Assembly (NCBI GenBank): GCA_041483895.1
Contig: JBGPGO010000008.1
Coordinates: 64,001-128,000, forward strand
DNA from: Fimbriimonadia bacterium
GTDB taxonomy: Bacteria; Armatimonadota; Fimbriimonadia; Fimbriimonadales; JABRVX01
Length of the DNA stretch: 64,000 nucleotides
Direction: 5' to 3'
Shown: one piece after another, positions 8,653 to 19,029 of the stretch
Position numbering within the stretch: the stretch's first letter is position 1
Layout of the letters: every line of letters starts with the position of its first letter
The notes under the pieces: model-generated
Database searches by the model: none
Told to the model about the DNA's origin: nothing
Seen by the model: the letters and a program-made list of their open reading frames with translations, nothing else
Position numbers and translations under genes: made by a program

Positions 8653-9441
8653 ATGGCCCGCGATAAACCGACCCTCAGCCCGTCCCGGTTCACCACCTAC
8701 CTCGCCTGCCCGGTGATGTATCGGTGGATGCACATAGACCCGCGCGGGCGTTGGTATCGCAAGGCCAAGGGCTATTTTGCCTTCGGGGCCTCGCTCCACA
8801 AAGTCCTACAGCAGTTCCACGAACAGGGCGGCGTCGGAACCGTGACAAAAGAGACCCTGATCGCCAACTACGAATCCGGCTGGATCGAGGCGGGATATGA
8901 ATCCGATGAGGACTCCCGGAAGCACATGGAGATGGGCCGCGAGATGCTCGCCTCCTACTACGAGAAACAGCAGGAGGTCGCGACGGAGGCACGCCCGGTG
9001 TATGTCGAGCGGATGCTGCGCTACGACATGGGGCCGTTCATCCTGTCCGGGCGCGTGGACCGGGTGGACGAGCACCCCGACGGACGGCTGGAGATTGTGG
9101 ACTACAAGAGCGGCCGGACGAGCGTGAGTGAAGAAGAGGTACGCGACGACCTCGCGATGTCCGCGTACCAGTTGCTGCTGAAGCGAACCCACCCGGAGAG
9201 GGAACTGTTTGCCACCATCCACGCATTGCGTTCGACCGAATGCGCCTCGGCCTCGCTGACAGAAAACGAGTTGGCACAGTTTGAGGAGACCCTGCGGCTG
9301 TTGGGGGAGGAGATCATCGAATGCGACTTCGAATCACTCCTCCCGACCTACAAGCCGATCTGCGCCCGCTGCGACTTCGTCCAACTATGCAAGCGCTCGC
9401 CGGAGTATTTGGAAGAATGGACGGCTGCGCAACAGTCGTAG
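8653..9441 (+). CDS. PD-(D/E)XK RecB/Cas4-like nuclease
   Basis: LSPSRFTTYLACP, GRVDRVD, IVDYKSG and C-terminal CARCDFVQLC (1+3 Cys pattern). Confidence 0.85.
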   Translation: MARDKPTLSPSRFTTYLACPVMYRWMHIDPRGRWYRKAKGYFAFGASLHKVLQQFHEQGGVGTVTKETLIANYESGWIEAGYESDEDSRKHMEMGREMLASYYEKQQEVATEARPVYVERMLRYDMGPFILSGRVDRVDEHPDGRLEIVDYKSGRTSVSEEEVRDDLAMSAYQLLLKRTHPERELFATIHALRSTECASASLTENELAQFEETLRLLGEEIIECDFESLLPTYKPICARCDFVQLCKRSPEYLEEWTAAQQS

Positions 9442-9444
9442 CTT

Positions 9445-11739
9445 CTATCCCCCAACGGCGCCGAAATTGAGTAGCACGATGTTGAAGTCGAATAGGTCGA
9501 CAACGCCATCGTAGTTGAGATCGGAATCCAAGTCGGTCCCAAATTCCAGCAGGATTTGGTTCAGATCGACAAGGTCCACGGCGTTGTTCCCATCGACGTC
9601 CCCATTTATCAGAGCGAAGTTTTGCTGATTCGCACCGGCAACCAGCGCGCGATTCGAGACGACCCCGCGTAGGGAGCGAGGAAGTTTGAAGGCGACATCG
9701 TAAGTGCCTGGCTCAATGTCCTGGACGGAATAAGAACCTTGAAATCCGAGCGTGATGGGGAAGCTGTAGAGCGACGTTTGCGTTCCCGGCTGACGAAGAG
9801 CGAGAACGCCGGTCAAACCGGAAGTGGTGCTCAGAAACTCCAACGAAACCTTGCCGGTCAGCTTGGCCTTCGGTCCCTCCTTATGACAAATGGCTCCGTT
9901 GTATCCGCCGAACCACATGTCGTTGGAAGTCGGGGCCGTGATGCGATAGGGATAGTACGGATACCCGTTGACCATTTGCCGACTCCACGTCTTACCGCCG
10001 TCCGTCGTGTGACGCATGACCCCATTGAAGTCGGTGTCGCGACCAACGATCCAAATGTCGGTCGCGCTGACGATAGCAACGTCGAAGTAGATTTCTTCGG
10101 TGGAGCCAAGATCGAGCGGCTGCCAAGATACTCCGCCATTGTCGGTCTTCGCCACATATCCATACCAACCGACCGCCCATCCATGCTGGCGGTCCAGGAA
10201 TCTCATCCTGCTGAGCGTCGGGCCACCGGCCAACCCCATCTCCAGCCAGTTTTGCCCGCCATCGATGGTGCGCAATCCAGAGCCGCCGATTCTGTATAGC
10301 CAGCCATATTCGCTATCGACGAATTGGACGCCATTCCAGCCGGCGGGGCCATCGAAAGTGACCGGCTCCCAACTCATGCCGCCATCTACCGTATGGAACA
10401 GGCCCTGCTCGTGGCCGAGATCATAGTCCGTGCCTGCAATCCATCCGTTGAGGGGATCGGTGAAGGAGACGCCCTCGATGTAGAAGTCGCCGGAAAGGGC
10501 AGGGTAGCCGATGTTCTGCCAGCTCTGCGCGCCATCGTCGGTGCGAAAAACCATTCCGCCCGGCCCCGCCACGATGGCCACATCTCGATTCAAGACGTCG
10601 ATCGCATGGAGATTCTCGTCTCGACCGAATATCTGGCCGGTCACCTCAACCTTTTGTGTCTTCCAGAACTTGCCGCCGTTCTCGGTGCGGAGAATGTATC
10701 CATTGTGGGCCACGGCCATGGCGACATTTCCGTCGATGGCCTTGAGATCGTAAATCTGGGACCCGACCCCGGAATTGATTTGCCGCCAGGTAATTCCTGA
10801 ATCACTGGTCGCGAAGATCAACCCGGTATCGCCAACGACCCAACCATTATCGGAGTCCACGAATTTGACATCCCAAGACGCCGGCAAGGAACCAAGTCCG
10901 TCGAATACCCAATCCCACGAATATCCGCCGTCTGGGCTGCGCCAGATATCTCCTTTGAGAGAAACCCCGACCACAACGTCCGAAGTGCCGGCTCTTGTGA
11001 TTTTGGAGAAGCCCGTCCAAATGCCCGAGGCGATGGTATGCCATGAATCGCCGGCGTCCAACGATTCCAAGACTGTCGTCCCTTCGTCCGCGATGACTCG
11101 ATTTGAGTCCATCCATAAGACTGTGTTGGCGGATTTCGGGTGCGTTTGGTCCCAGGTCTTCCCGCCATCAATAGTCTTGAAAATGCCGTCCGCGTCGGTT
11201 TTCGGCAGCCAACCGCCGGCAATACCAACGAGCGGGTCCCGGTAATCCGCTCCGTACATCACCGGGCAATCTGGATACCCGGATCGGAGATACCAGTTGA
11301 CGCCCCCGTCATAAGTTGCGGCCGCGGCGCCGTTCGCACCGATGATGCCTTCTAACGGGCTGAAAAAAGAGATCTGGTACCAGGATCCGCCCGGAACGCC
11401 GTACATTCGGGACCAATGAACGCCGCCGTCCGTAGAACGCCATGAGTCGCTTCCGTTCCCGAGCACGTAGCCGTGTTCCGCATCGCTGAAGAGCACGGCA
11501 TAGAACGGGTCCGCTCCGAGTGGGCCGGTCAGCCACTGAAACCAGGTCTTTCCGCCGTCGGGGGTCTCAACCAACGTGTGGCTAGAGCCGCATACGAACG
11601 CATGATCCGGTCCGAGAAGGGAGACGCCGTTATAGTTCGCGTCGGCGGGTAAGGGACTTTGTCGAATCCACGTGTCCTGGGCAGGTACGCCGGTCGCGAG
11701 CAAGGCAATCACGATGACAAGCGAGTCACGAAACCTCAT
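9445..11739 (-). CDS. Secreted YCF48/BNR-repeat beta-propeller protein with C-terminal dockerin/EF-hand-like repeat
   Basis: Many TxDGGxxW Asp-boxes; GDVDGNNAVDLVD...DLNYDGVVDLFD; ATG 11739 with GGAGG. Confidence 0.85.
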   Translation of the reverse strand: MRFRDSLVIVIALLATGVPAQDTWIRQSPLPADANYNGVSLLGPDHAFVCGSSHTLVETPDGGKTWFQWLTGPLGADPFYAVLFSDAEHGYVLGNGSDSWRSTDGGVHWSRMYGVPGGSWYQISFFSPLEGIIGANGAAAATYDGGVNWYLRSGYPDCPVMYGADYRDPLVGIAGGWLPKTDADGIFKTIDGGKTWDQTHPKSANTVLWMDSNRVIADEGTTVLESLDAGDSWHTIASGIWTGFSKITRAGTSDVVVGVSLKGDIWRSPDGGYSWDWVFDGLGSLPASWDVKFVDSDNGWVVGDTGLIFATSDSGITWRQINSGVGSQIYDLKAIDGNVAMAVAHNGYILRTENGGKFWKTQKVEVTGQIFGRDENLHAIDVLNRDVAIVAGPGGMVFRTDDGAQSWQNIGYPALSGDFYIEGVSFTDPLNGWIAGTDYDLGHEQGLFHTVDGGMSWEPVTFDGPAGWNGVQFVDSEYGWLYRIGGSGLRTIDGGQNWLEMGLAGGPTLSRMRFLDRQHGWAVGWYGYVAKTDNGGVSWQPLDLGSTEEIYFDVAIVSATDIWIVGRDTDFNGVMRHTTDGGKTWSRQMVNGYPYYPYRITAPTSNDMWFGGYNGAICHKEGPKAKLTGKVSLEFLSTTSGLTGVLALRQPGTQTSLYSFPITLGFQGSYSVQDIEPGTYDVAFKLPRSLRGVVSNRALVAGANQQNFALINGDVDGNNAVDLVDLNQILLEFGTDLDSDLNYDGVVDLFDFNIVLLNFGAVGG

Positions 11740-11920
11740 TGTTTCCTCCAATTCTTTGCCACCCAAATGGAGTCGCGTTCAGCCGCTTTGATACGGGAAC
11801 CGACTCGGCGATTAGGCGTTGGGCAAGGTAGCCCCGATGGACGTCAACGAGGATCGCGTCAGGTTATTGTAACTCGGTGACCGGCAATTGTCATGTCGGA
11901 AGTTTTAACGACAGATCGAG

Positions 11921-12664
11921 CTAAAAGCGGGTCAATGTCTTCGAAAGAATGCGCTCCACCTGTTCCAGTTGCTCTGGCGTATCCACCGAAGGGCCGGACG
12001 GGCGGCGGGTTCGGGTCATCGCCATCGTGTAGCCGTGTTCCAGCAGCCGCAACTGTTCCAGCCCTTCCGCCTGCTCTAACGGCGTCCGTTTGAGCCTGGT
12101 GTACTGCATCACCGTCTCTCGCTTGAAGGCATAGATGCCCAGGTGCCGGAGCGGCTTGAACCCCGGCTGGCGGGGATAGGGTATCTGGGAGCGCGAGAAA
12201 TAGAGCGCGAAGCCCCAATTGTCGGTGACGACCTTGACCACGTTCGGATCATCCTCCTCCGATGCGGCGCATGGGCAGAAAACGCTCGCGGAATCCGGGC
12301 GCTCGGAGGCCAGCATCGGCTTGAGACAGGCCAGAATGTCGGCGGGCCGGACGAGGGGCTCGTCGCCCTGGATGTTCAAGTAGATCTCTCCCAGGGTTGC
12401 CGCCGCCACCTCGGCCACGCGGTCGGTGCCGGTGGGGCAGGAGGGGCTGGAGGGGACGGCCTCCGCCCCGAAAGCCGCGGCCGCCGCCTGGATCTCCCGG
12501 TCCGGCGTGGAGATCACCACGCGATCGATCATCTCCACCTGTCGGGCTTTTTCCCACACCCATTGCACCATCGGCTTGCCGGCGATAAGGGCGAGCGGTT
12601 TGCCGGGAAAGCGGGTGGCGCCCATTCGGGCGGGGATGACGGCGATGATGCGGGCCTGTGCCAT
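11921..12664 (-). CDS. kdsB: 3-deoxy-manno-octulosonate cytidylyltransferase
   Basis: IPARMGATRFPGKPL, GTDRVAE, NIQGDEP, ALYFSRS, HLGIYAF, LEQLRLLE. Confidence 0.95.
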   Translation of the reverse strand: MAQARIIAVIPARMGATRFPGKPLALIAGKPMVQWVWEKARQVEMIDRVVISTPDREIQAAAAAFGAEAVPSSPSCPTGTDRVAEVAAATLGEIYLNIQGDEPLVRPADILACLKPMLASERPDSASVFCPCAASEEDDPNVVKVVTDNWGFALYFSRSQIPYPRQPGFKPLRHLGIYAFKRETVMQYTRLKRTPLEQAEGLEQLRLLEHGYTMAMTRTRRPSGPSVDTPEQLEQVERILSKTLTRF

Positions 12665-12704
12665 GGGGGTGATTGTTATCCGTGCGGCTCGCGGACGTCA
12701 AGGG

Positions 12705-13147
12705 GTGTCGGGGTCTTTGGTTTCGGCTGGAGCAAGGAGTTGCCGGACGTGAACCCCGACACATCCCAAAAATCCCTTCACAGTCGCACTGTGAAGGGAC
12801 ATCCAAATATTAGAATGCCCCGGGGCAAGCCGGGGCAGTTTTTACGATCCCACCAGGAGGATGCGGTTCATCGCCGCACATCCCCGGAGGGCGGTCGGCT
12901 AAAACGCGCGACCCTCCTGGCGCATAGGTTCGTTATACATCTTTTTGCACCACCTCCTTCTTGCTTAGGATTGGTGGCATTATCCCATGCCTGGGGGAGC
13001 GCCGTCAACGGTACTCCACTAGATAAGACGAATGACCCAGGCAAATCATTCCCGCCTTCGGTACCGGGTTTTCGAAATTGCCCACGCGATGTGCCGGGGT
13101 CCTCGTTGGCTGATCCGGTCTGTTCGTTTGCACCGAAGACCCCGGTA
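12705..13147. repeat. Intergenic cluster of palindromic elements between divergent genes
   Basis: Fixed-spacer IRs at 12705-12762 and 13091-13147; CCCTTCACAGTCGCACTGTGAAGGG at 12774-12798; TGCCCCGG-GGCAAG-CCGGGGCA near 12816-12837. Confidence 0.8.
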
Positions 13148-13214
13148 ATAGCGTAACCTTTCGGCAAATGCCGGCGTCTAATGCTCAAGTTGGACTTTTT
13201 GTCGAGGTGATGAG

Positions 13215-14528
13215 ATGTTTCGTTTTTCTGTAATGCTCATTGCTGTGTCTGCGGTTTCGGGCGCGAATGCCAAGGGCTACGGCCTGTTCGGAGACCAGAT
13301 CATCGGGCCGTACGAAAGTTTCAAGACCGAGGTCATCCGGCTGGGCGGCACACGCAACTCGCCGATCTTGTTTTCCAGCGGAACGGCGGACAAAGATGGC
13401 CGCATCTTGGAAACGTTCCGCCTTTCCGGACCTATGCCGACGCAGGCCTCTATCGGACCGTCCGAAGCACTCGGCTTCTTGGATCCGGAATATCTGGATT
13501 CCACCCAAAGAAACAGCTACCGACAGATCTGCAAGTACGATCCCCAGGGCCGCATGACAGAGATGTACTACACGACCATCACCGACGGCAAAAAGACGGA
13601 TACCCGATACGTATACACATACGACACTCAGGGCCGAATGAACAAGCAGGCCACGTATCAACGTGACAAGCTGATTTCGGCATCGTCGACCGAATTTGAT
13701 GGGGACGGACGAGTGGCAAGGAGCGAGAATTTTAGCGCCGACAAGCTGCAATCCACCACCGTCTACACTTATGACGCCAAAGGCAATCAGACCGAAATGC
13801 GGACCGAATATGCGGATCCAAAGGAGCGCACGAGTGGATACCGCTCTGTGACGGAGTTCGACGGCCAAGGGCGAACGGTGCGCATGGCCACCTACAACGG
13901 CGATGATTTCATGTACAGCGAGCAGTTACAGAAGTACGACGATCAAGGCGGAGTCGTCCAGACCACCTATCTGAACTATGTGCCCGACAAAGCGGTGGCA
14001 ACCCGGACGGTCACCAACATCGGTGCGGACGGTCGAGTGACGTCGGAAGAGCATTTTGATTTCGATGGCAAGCTCACGAGTCGTTCTGAGACTTCGACGA
14101 AGGACGGAGAAACGGTCACGACAACGTATGGCGCCGACGGCAAGGTGACGCAGAAATCGATCAGTCGCCAGGACGATAAAGGCGGTTTAAACGAATCCAC
14201 AGCATACGACGCCGAGGGAAAGGTGATCTACAGCTACAAGAGCTGGCAAGAGAATAAAGAGACTCACAGCGAATCCATTCAGCGATCTGGAAACGATAAA
14301 TATACAAGAACGGTCAAAGTGATCACGAAGGATTTCCTTCCGAAACTGGAACAGACGTACGACGGCGACAAACTCACGCGCCAGGTCCGATATGAGTATC
14401 ATATCGATAAACACGACAATTGGACGAAGGTCGTTCGCTTTGAGACTGAGGGAACCGGGCCGGAACGGGCAGTGTCGATGGCAACGAGGTTGATTCAGTA
14501 TCGTCTGGAAGCCGAAAAACAAAAGTGA
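13215..14528 (+). CDS. Secreted YD/RHS-like repeat protein
   Basis: Signal peptide; YTYDxxG repeats; C-terminal DKHDNWTK...RLIQY. Confidence 0.75.
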   Translation: MFRFSVMLIAVSAVSGANAKGYGLFGDQIIGPYESFKTEVIRLGGTRNSPILFSSGTADKDGRILETFRLSGPMPTQASIGPSEALGFLDPEYLDSTQRNSYRQICKYDPQGRMTEMYYTTITDGKKTDTRYVYTYDTQGRMNKQATYQRDKLISASSTEFDGDGRVARSENFSADKLQSTTVYTYDAKGNQTEMRTEYADPKERTSGYRSVTEFDGQGRTVRMATYNGDDFMYSEQLQKYDDQGGVVQTTYLNYVPDKAVATRTVTNIGADGRVTSEEHFDFDGKLTSRSETSTKDGETVTTTYGADGKVTQKSISRQDDKGGLNESTAYDAEGKVIYSYKSWQENKETHSESIQRSGNDKYTRTVKVITKDFLPKLEQTYDGDKLTRQVRYEYHIDKHDNWTKVVRFETEGTGPERAVSMATRLIQYRLEAEKQK

Positions 14529-15814
14529 AGTTCATCCACATCTTCTGGCTGCTTGCGGCGACAGCCCGCATTTCCGTCCTTGCCATGCCGGCCCCAACGC
14601 CGCCAGAAGACCAATTCCACGGCAAGGTTCATCACTATTCTTTTGAGGTTGCAAAGATAGGTCCCGGAGGAATCGGAAAAAGGACCTTGTTGAAGTCCGT
14701 AACGAAGAACTCCCAAGATCAGGTTGTTGAAGAGTTTCTCCTCACGAGCTGGCCTCCGGAGGTATGGGGAGACGCCTTGGAATCTCTTGGTGAATTGACC
14801 TTCTTGAATCCAAATTCCATCGGCCGGCCGATGCTCATGACCGAGCATCATCATTTCGCTCGCGACAAGAACGGCCGCGTATCAGAAGACGTCTGCCAAT
14901 CCATTAAGGAGGGAGAGAAGTTTACTGAGCGAAGGGAAAATACCTACGACTCGAAGGGCCATTTGATCGGCACAAAGTGTTATCGCGACGGCAAATTGGG
15001 TGAACGCGACGTGTACACGTACGACGAGCACGGCTTGCTCTCTGGAGAGCGATATGTTGGCGATCCGGAGCGTTTGATCTCCAGTTATCAATCTCCACGT
15101 ACCAGTGATTCGGACGTCGCCGGCGCGCCACGAACACGAGAGGAAGTCGAAAAGGACGAGAGCGGCAACGCGATTCGCAGGCGAACCTATGATACTGATG
15201 AAGTTCTGATTGCTGACGCGTACTTCAGATATAACGAAAAGAATATCGTAATGCAGTCTACAATTTTCCATTCCACCGCAACAGGAATTTCTCCGTTCAA
15301 AGAAACCTCTACCACCGATCCGAAAAGCAATTCGGAAACGATCGAAACGGTCGACCGAGCAGGGGACATCTTGAGTCGAATCGTCAACACAAAATCGACC
15401 TATACGATCGATAATCGAGAATACGGTTATGGTGGAAAGCTGGTCAAGCGCAGTGTAGAGGTAATGAAGCCGGAAGAGCGTTTTACCGAGCATACGGAAA
15501 CGGACGCAGACGGAAAAGTCACAAACTACGGCAAGAACTGGATGGAAGACGGTAAGATGCATACGCTGGAGTCAGGGAATCTGATGGACGGAAAGTTTAT
15601 GACACGGCGTATCGACTATTTGGACCTGGACATGGACCTGCCGTTGGAGATCGAAGAATCGGATGCCTCCGGCAAGTGTCTCATCCACATTCGGCTTGCA
15701 TATGACATGGATGAGCGCGGCAATTGGACCAAAATCACCCGATACGACGCCAAGGGAGATGGCAAGCTCGAACCTGTCGCCGTCGCCTTCCGAACCATCG
15801 AATACGCGCGATGA
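14525..15814 (+). CDS. Secreted YD/RHS-like repeat protein (tandem paralog 1)
   Basis: Signal peptide; YD repeats; nearly identical N- and C-terminal blocks to 15853..17133. Confidence 0.78.
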   Translation: MKFIHIFWLLAATARISVLAMPAPTPPEDQFHGKVHHYSFEVAKIGPGGIGKRTLLKSVTKNSQDQVVEEFLLTSWPPEVWGDALESLGELTFLNPNSIGRPMLMTEHHHFARDKNGRVSEDVCQSIKEGEKFTERRENTYDSKGHLIGTKCYRDGKLGERDVYTYDEHGLLSGERYVGDPERLISSYQSPRTSDSDVAGAPRTREEVEKDESGNAIRRRTYDTDEVLIADAYFRYNEKNIVMQSTIFHSTATGISPFKETSTTDPKSNSETIETVDRAGDILSRIVNTKSTYTIDNREYGYGGKLVKRSVEVMKPEERFTEHTETDADGKVTNYGKNWMEDGKMHTLESGNLMDGKFMTRRIDYLDLDMDLPLEIEESDASGKCLIHIRLAYDMDERGNWTKITRYDAKGDGKLEPVAVAFRTIEYAR

Positions 15815-15852
15815 AATACTGTGACTAGCAAACGCTCGAAGGAGCAAAAACG

Positions 15853-17133
15853 ATGAAATTCAGAGCAACGATCCTCGCCGCAACTGCGATCCCGGCAATT
15901 ATCTTTGCCATGCCGGCGCCAACCCCGCCGGAAGACCAATTCCACGGCAAAGTACGCCAGTACTCCCTGGAGATAGCGAAGATAGGTCCTGGAGGCGTTG
16001 GGGAAAGGACGTTGCTGAAGTCCGTAACGAAGGACTCCGAAGATCAGGTTGTTGAGGAGTTTCTCCTCACACGTTGGCCCCCGGAAGGGGCGGAAGACAC
16101 CCCGGATTCTCTCGGCGAATTGACATTCTTGAACCCGGATTCCATCGACCGGCCGATGTTGGAATCCGAGCATCATCATTTCACTTGCGACGCGAGCGAT
16201 CGGATTTCGGAAGACATTTGCCAATACAACAAAGAGGGAGAAAAATTCACCGAGCGCACGGCAAACTCGTACGATGCCAAGGGCCAATTGATCAGCGAAA
16301 AAACCTACCGAGATGGCAAACAGATCGAACGCGATGTTTACACGTACGACGAGAAAGGAATGCTCTCTAGCGAGGGATATGTGGGAGACCCTGAAAAGTT
16401 GGTTTCCAGTCACCGCTATCCGAGAGCAGGCGATCCGGACGTTGTCAGAGCGCCCCGGATCCGTGAGGAGGACGAAAAGGACGAGAGAGGCAATGTGGTC
16501 CGCCGGCGGACCTACGATCCCAGCGGTGTTTTGATTTTCGATTTGTATGCCAATTTCAACGAAAAGAACGTTGAAATTCTGTCGACCACTCTCTGCATTA
16601 CCGCAACGGGAAACGATCCATACAAAACAACGTCCACCAACGACCCCGAAAGCAACTCGCAGACAAAAGAATCAGAAAATCGGGCAGGCGATATCTTAAG
16701 TCGAGTCGTCAACACAAGGTCCAACAACAAGTCCGAAGTAAGCGAATATGGATATGGCGGAAAGCTGGTCAAGCGCCGCGTGGAAGTGGCGAAACCGGAA
16801 GAACATTATTGGGAGCATACGGAGACGGATGGGGCCGAGAAGGTCACGCGCTACAGCAAGGGCTGGATGAAGGATGGCAAGCTGCACAACTTGGAAACAG
16901 GCAGCTTCGTCGGCGAGAAATTTATCACACGCTGGACCGAATACTTGGAGGCGGACCTGCCGTTGGAGATTGAAGAATCGGATGCCTCCGGCAAGTGTCT
17001 CATTCACATTCGTCTTGCATATGACATGGATGAGCGCGGCAACTGGACCAAGATCACCCGATACGACGCCAAGGGGGACGCAAAGCTGGAACCCGTCTCT
17101 GTAGCCTTCCGCACCATCGAATACGCGCGATGA
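15853..17133 (+). CDS. Secreted YD/RHS-like repeat protein (tandem paralog 2)
   Basis: AAGGAG RBS; MPAPTPPEDQFHGKV and DLPLEIEESDASGKCLIHIRLAYDMDERGNWTK shared with the upstream gene. Confidence 0.78.
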   Translation: MKFRATILAATAIPAIIFAMPAPTPPEDQFHGKVRQYSLEIAKIGPGGVGERTLLKSVTKDSEDQVVEEFLLTRWPPEGAEDTPDSLGELTFLNPDSIDRPMLESEHHHFTCDASDRISEDICQYNKEGEKFTERTANSYDAKGQLISEKTYRDGKQIERDVYTYDEKGMLSSEGYVGDPEKLVSSHRYPRAGDPDVVRAPRIREEDEKDERGNVVRRRTYDPSGVLIFDLYANFNEKNVEILSTTLCITATGNDPYKTTSTNDPESNSQTKESENRAGDILSRVVNTRSNNKSEVSEYGYGGKLVKRRVEVAKPEEHYWEHTETDGAEKVTRYSKGWMKDGKLHNLETGSFVGEKFITRWTEYLEADLPLEIEESDASGKCLIHIRLAYDMDERGNWTKITRYDAKGDAKLEPVSVAFRTIEYAR

Positions 17134-17223
17134 AGTGCTATACTCTACGTAGTAACATATAGAAATCCGGGCATGGGTATCGGGTGTAATGTGCCGCACC
17201 TTTGAACCAAGATAATAAGATTT

Positions 17224-19029
17224 TTGACCGTAGCGTGCGGGCGCAGACCCCGCCGGCAAAACCTCGAAACCCCGCCCGATCAAAAGGGGTATCGTCCCAT
17301 CGAACCGAGAACTAAGAAAGAAATCATTGTCAACGTCACTCCGCGCGAGACGCGGATTGCCACACTAGAAGAGGGCCAACTGGTCGAGTTGAGGGTCGAG
17401 CGCGAAGAGCGCGTGGTAGGCTGCATCTTCAAAGGCATCGTCCAAAACGTCCTGCCCGGCATGGATGCGGCCTTCGTCGACATCGGCCTGGAGCGCAACG
17501 CTTTTCTCTATGTCGCCGACGTCCTATTGGATGACGGCACCGACACAGATGCCGCGTCCCTCAGCCGAAACGAGCTTCGCCAGCGCAAGATCAAGGACCT
17601 GCTGCGTCCCGGCCAAGAGTTGCTCGTCCAGGTTATCAAGGCCCCCCGTGGAACCAAAGGCGCGCGCGTATCCACACGCCTCACTCTTCCCGGCCGATAC
17701 GTGGTGCTCATGCCCGAAGGAGGCCACCTGGGCGTCTCACGCAAGATCGAGGACCGGGATGAGCGCGACCGACTGCGCAAGATCGGCCAGAAGTTCTGTC
17801 CGGAAGGCTTCGGTCTAATCCTCCGAACGGAGTGCGAAGGCAAGACGGAAAAAGAGCTCGCGCAAGACATCGCTTTCCTGATGAGAACCTGGAACCAGAT
17901 TTCGGTCAAGGTTGAAGGCAGCCGGGCGCCCTCCATGGTGCATTCCGATTTCACCCTGCTTTATCGCACCGTCCGCGACGTGTTCGGCGCGGATGTAAAT
18001 CGCCTCGTGGTCGACGATCCGGCGGAATACGAAGCCGTGAACGAGCTTGCGGATCTGGTGGCGGCAAAGATCAAGGGCCGCATCCATCTGTATGACAACG
18101 AAGAGTGCATTTTCGACAAGTACGGTATCGAGGCCCAAATGGACCGGTTGCTCCGCCGCAAAGTGTGGCTGAAATCGGGAGGCTATATCGTCGTCGACGA
18201 GACGGAAGCGATTACAGCCATCGACGTCAATACCGGCAAACAGGTCGGCGCAACCTCGCTCGCCGAAACCATTGTCAAGGCGAATTTGGAGGCGGTGGAG
18301 GAGGTCGCGCGCCAGATCCGGTTGCGGGATTTAGGCGGAATTATCGTCATCGACTTCATTGACATGGCCGGTGCGGGCGACCGCCGCATCGTATTGAACG
18401 CATTCACACGGGCCCTCAAACGGGACCGGGCGCGCACGCGCGTCGGACGGATCAGCTCCCTCGGCCTCATTGAAATCACACGCAAGCGAACCGGGGAATC
18501 GATCACAGAGGCGATGACGGAGCCTTGTCCGTTCTGCCACGGCCGGGGCCGGATTGCAGGAGCGGAGACCGTTTCCCTGCGCGTGGAGCGCGATCTGATG
18601 CGCGCGGCCAACGAACCGGGCAACGCGCTCTTGGTCGAGGCCCATCCGGACGTGAGCGAATGGATTATCGGCGCGGACGGAGAATGTATCGAAGAGCTGG
18701 AGCACCGGGTGCGCCGCGCAATCTACGTGCGCAGCAATCCATCGCTGCCGGTTGAAGAATACGAGATCAAGAACGGGACGACGGCGGAGTTTTCGCAGGT
18801 TTTGTCGCACTACAAAAGGGCGCAGGTTTTGGAATGCGACGTGGTGCAGTCGGTGTTATCCGCCGGCGAGCCAAAGGCGGTCGGTTGGTCGGACGACGGG
18901 TACTACCTGCGCCTTAGCAACGGGCTCGAGCACATTGGCGGACGTGTCAAGGCAAACATTACCGAGGTCCGCCGCAGCCATGCCGCCGCGAATCCCGTGC
19001 CGCTGGGTCACGCCAACCCGGTGGCGTAA
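17224..19029 (+). CDS. rng: Rne/Rng family ribonuclease (RNase G-like); start uncertain
   Basis: S1 domain VLPGMDAAFVDIG, AIDVNTG, RLRDLGGIIVIDFIDM, CPFCHGRG Zn-link. Confidence 0.9.
   Translation: MTVACGRRPRRQNLETPPDQKGYRPIEPRTKKEIIVNVTPRETRIATLEEGQLVELRVEREERVVGCIFKGIVQNVLPGMDAAFVDIGLERNAFLYVADVLLDDGTDTDAASLSRNELRQRKIKDLLRPGQELLVQVIKAPRGTKGARVSTRLTLPGRYVVLMPEGGHLGVSRKIEDRDERDRLRKIGQKFCPEGFGLILRTECEGKTEKELAQDIAFLMRTWNQISVKVEGSRAPSMVHSDFTLLYRTVRDVFGADVNRLVVDDPAEYEAVNELADLVAAKIKGRIHLYDNEECIFDKYGIEAQMDRLLRRKVWLKSGGYIVVDETEAITAIDVNTGKQVGATSLAETIVKANLEAVEEVARQIRLRDLGGIIVIDFIDMAGAGDRRIVLNAFTRALKRDRARTRVGRISSLGLIEITRKRTGESITEAMTEPCPFCHGRGRIAGAETVSLRVERDLMRAANEPGNALLVEAHPDVSEWIIGADGECIEELEHRVRRAIYVRSNPSLPVEEYEIKNGTTAEFSQVLSHYKRAQVLECDVVQSVLSAGEPKAVGWSDDGYYLRLSNGLEHIGGRVKANITEVRRSHAAANPVPLGHANPVA

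Noticed and set aside
12143..13188. ORFs 12143..13156, 12249..12806 and 12868..13188
   Set aside because: Antisense or out-of-frame to kdsB, or translations of intergenic repeats.
14525..17133. Diversity-generating retroelement TR/VR pair
   Set aside because: Both copies are full genes, differences are mostly synonymous rather than adenine-specific, and no reverse transcriptase is present.
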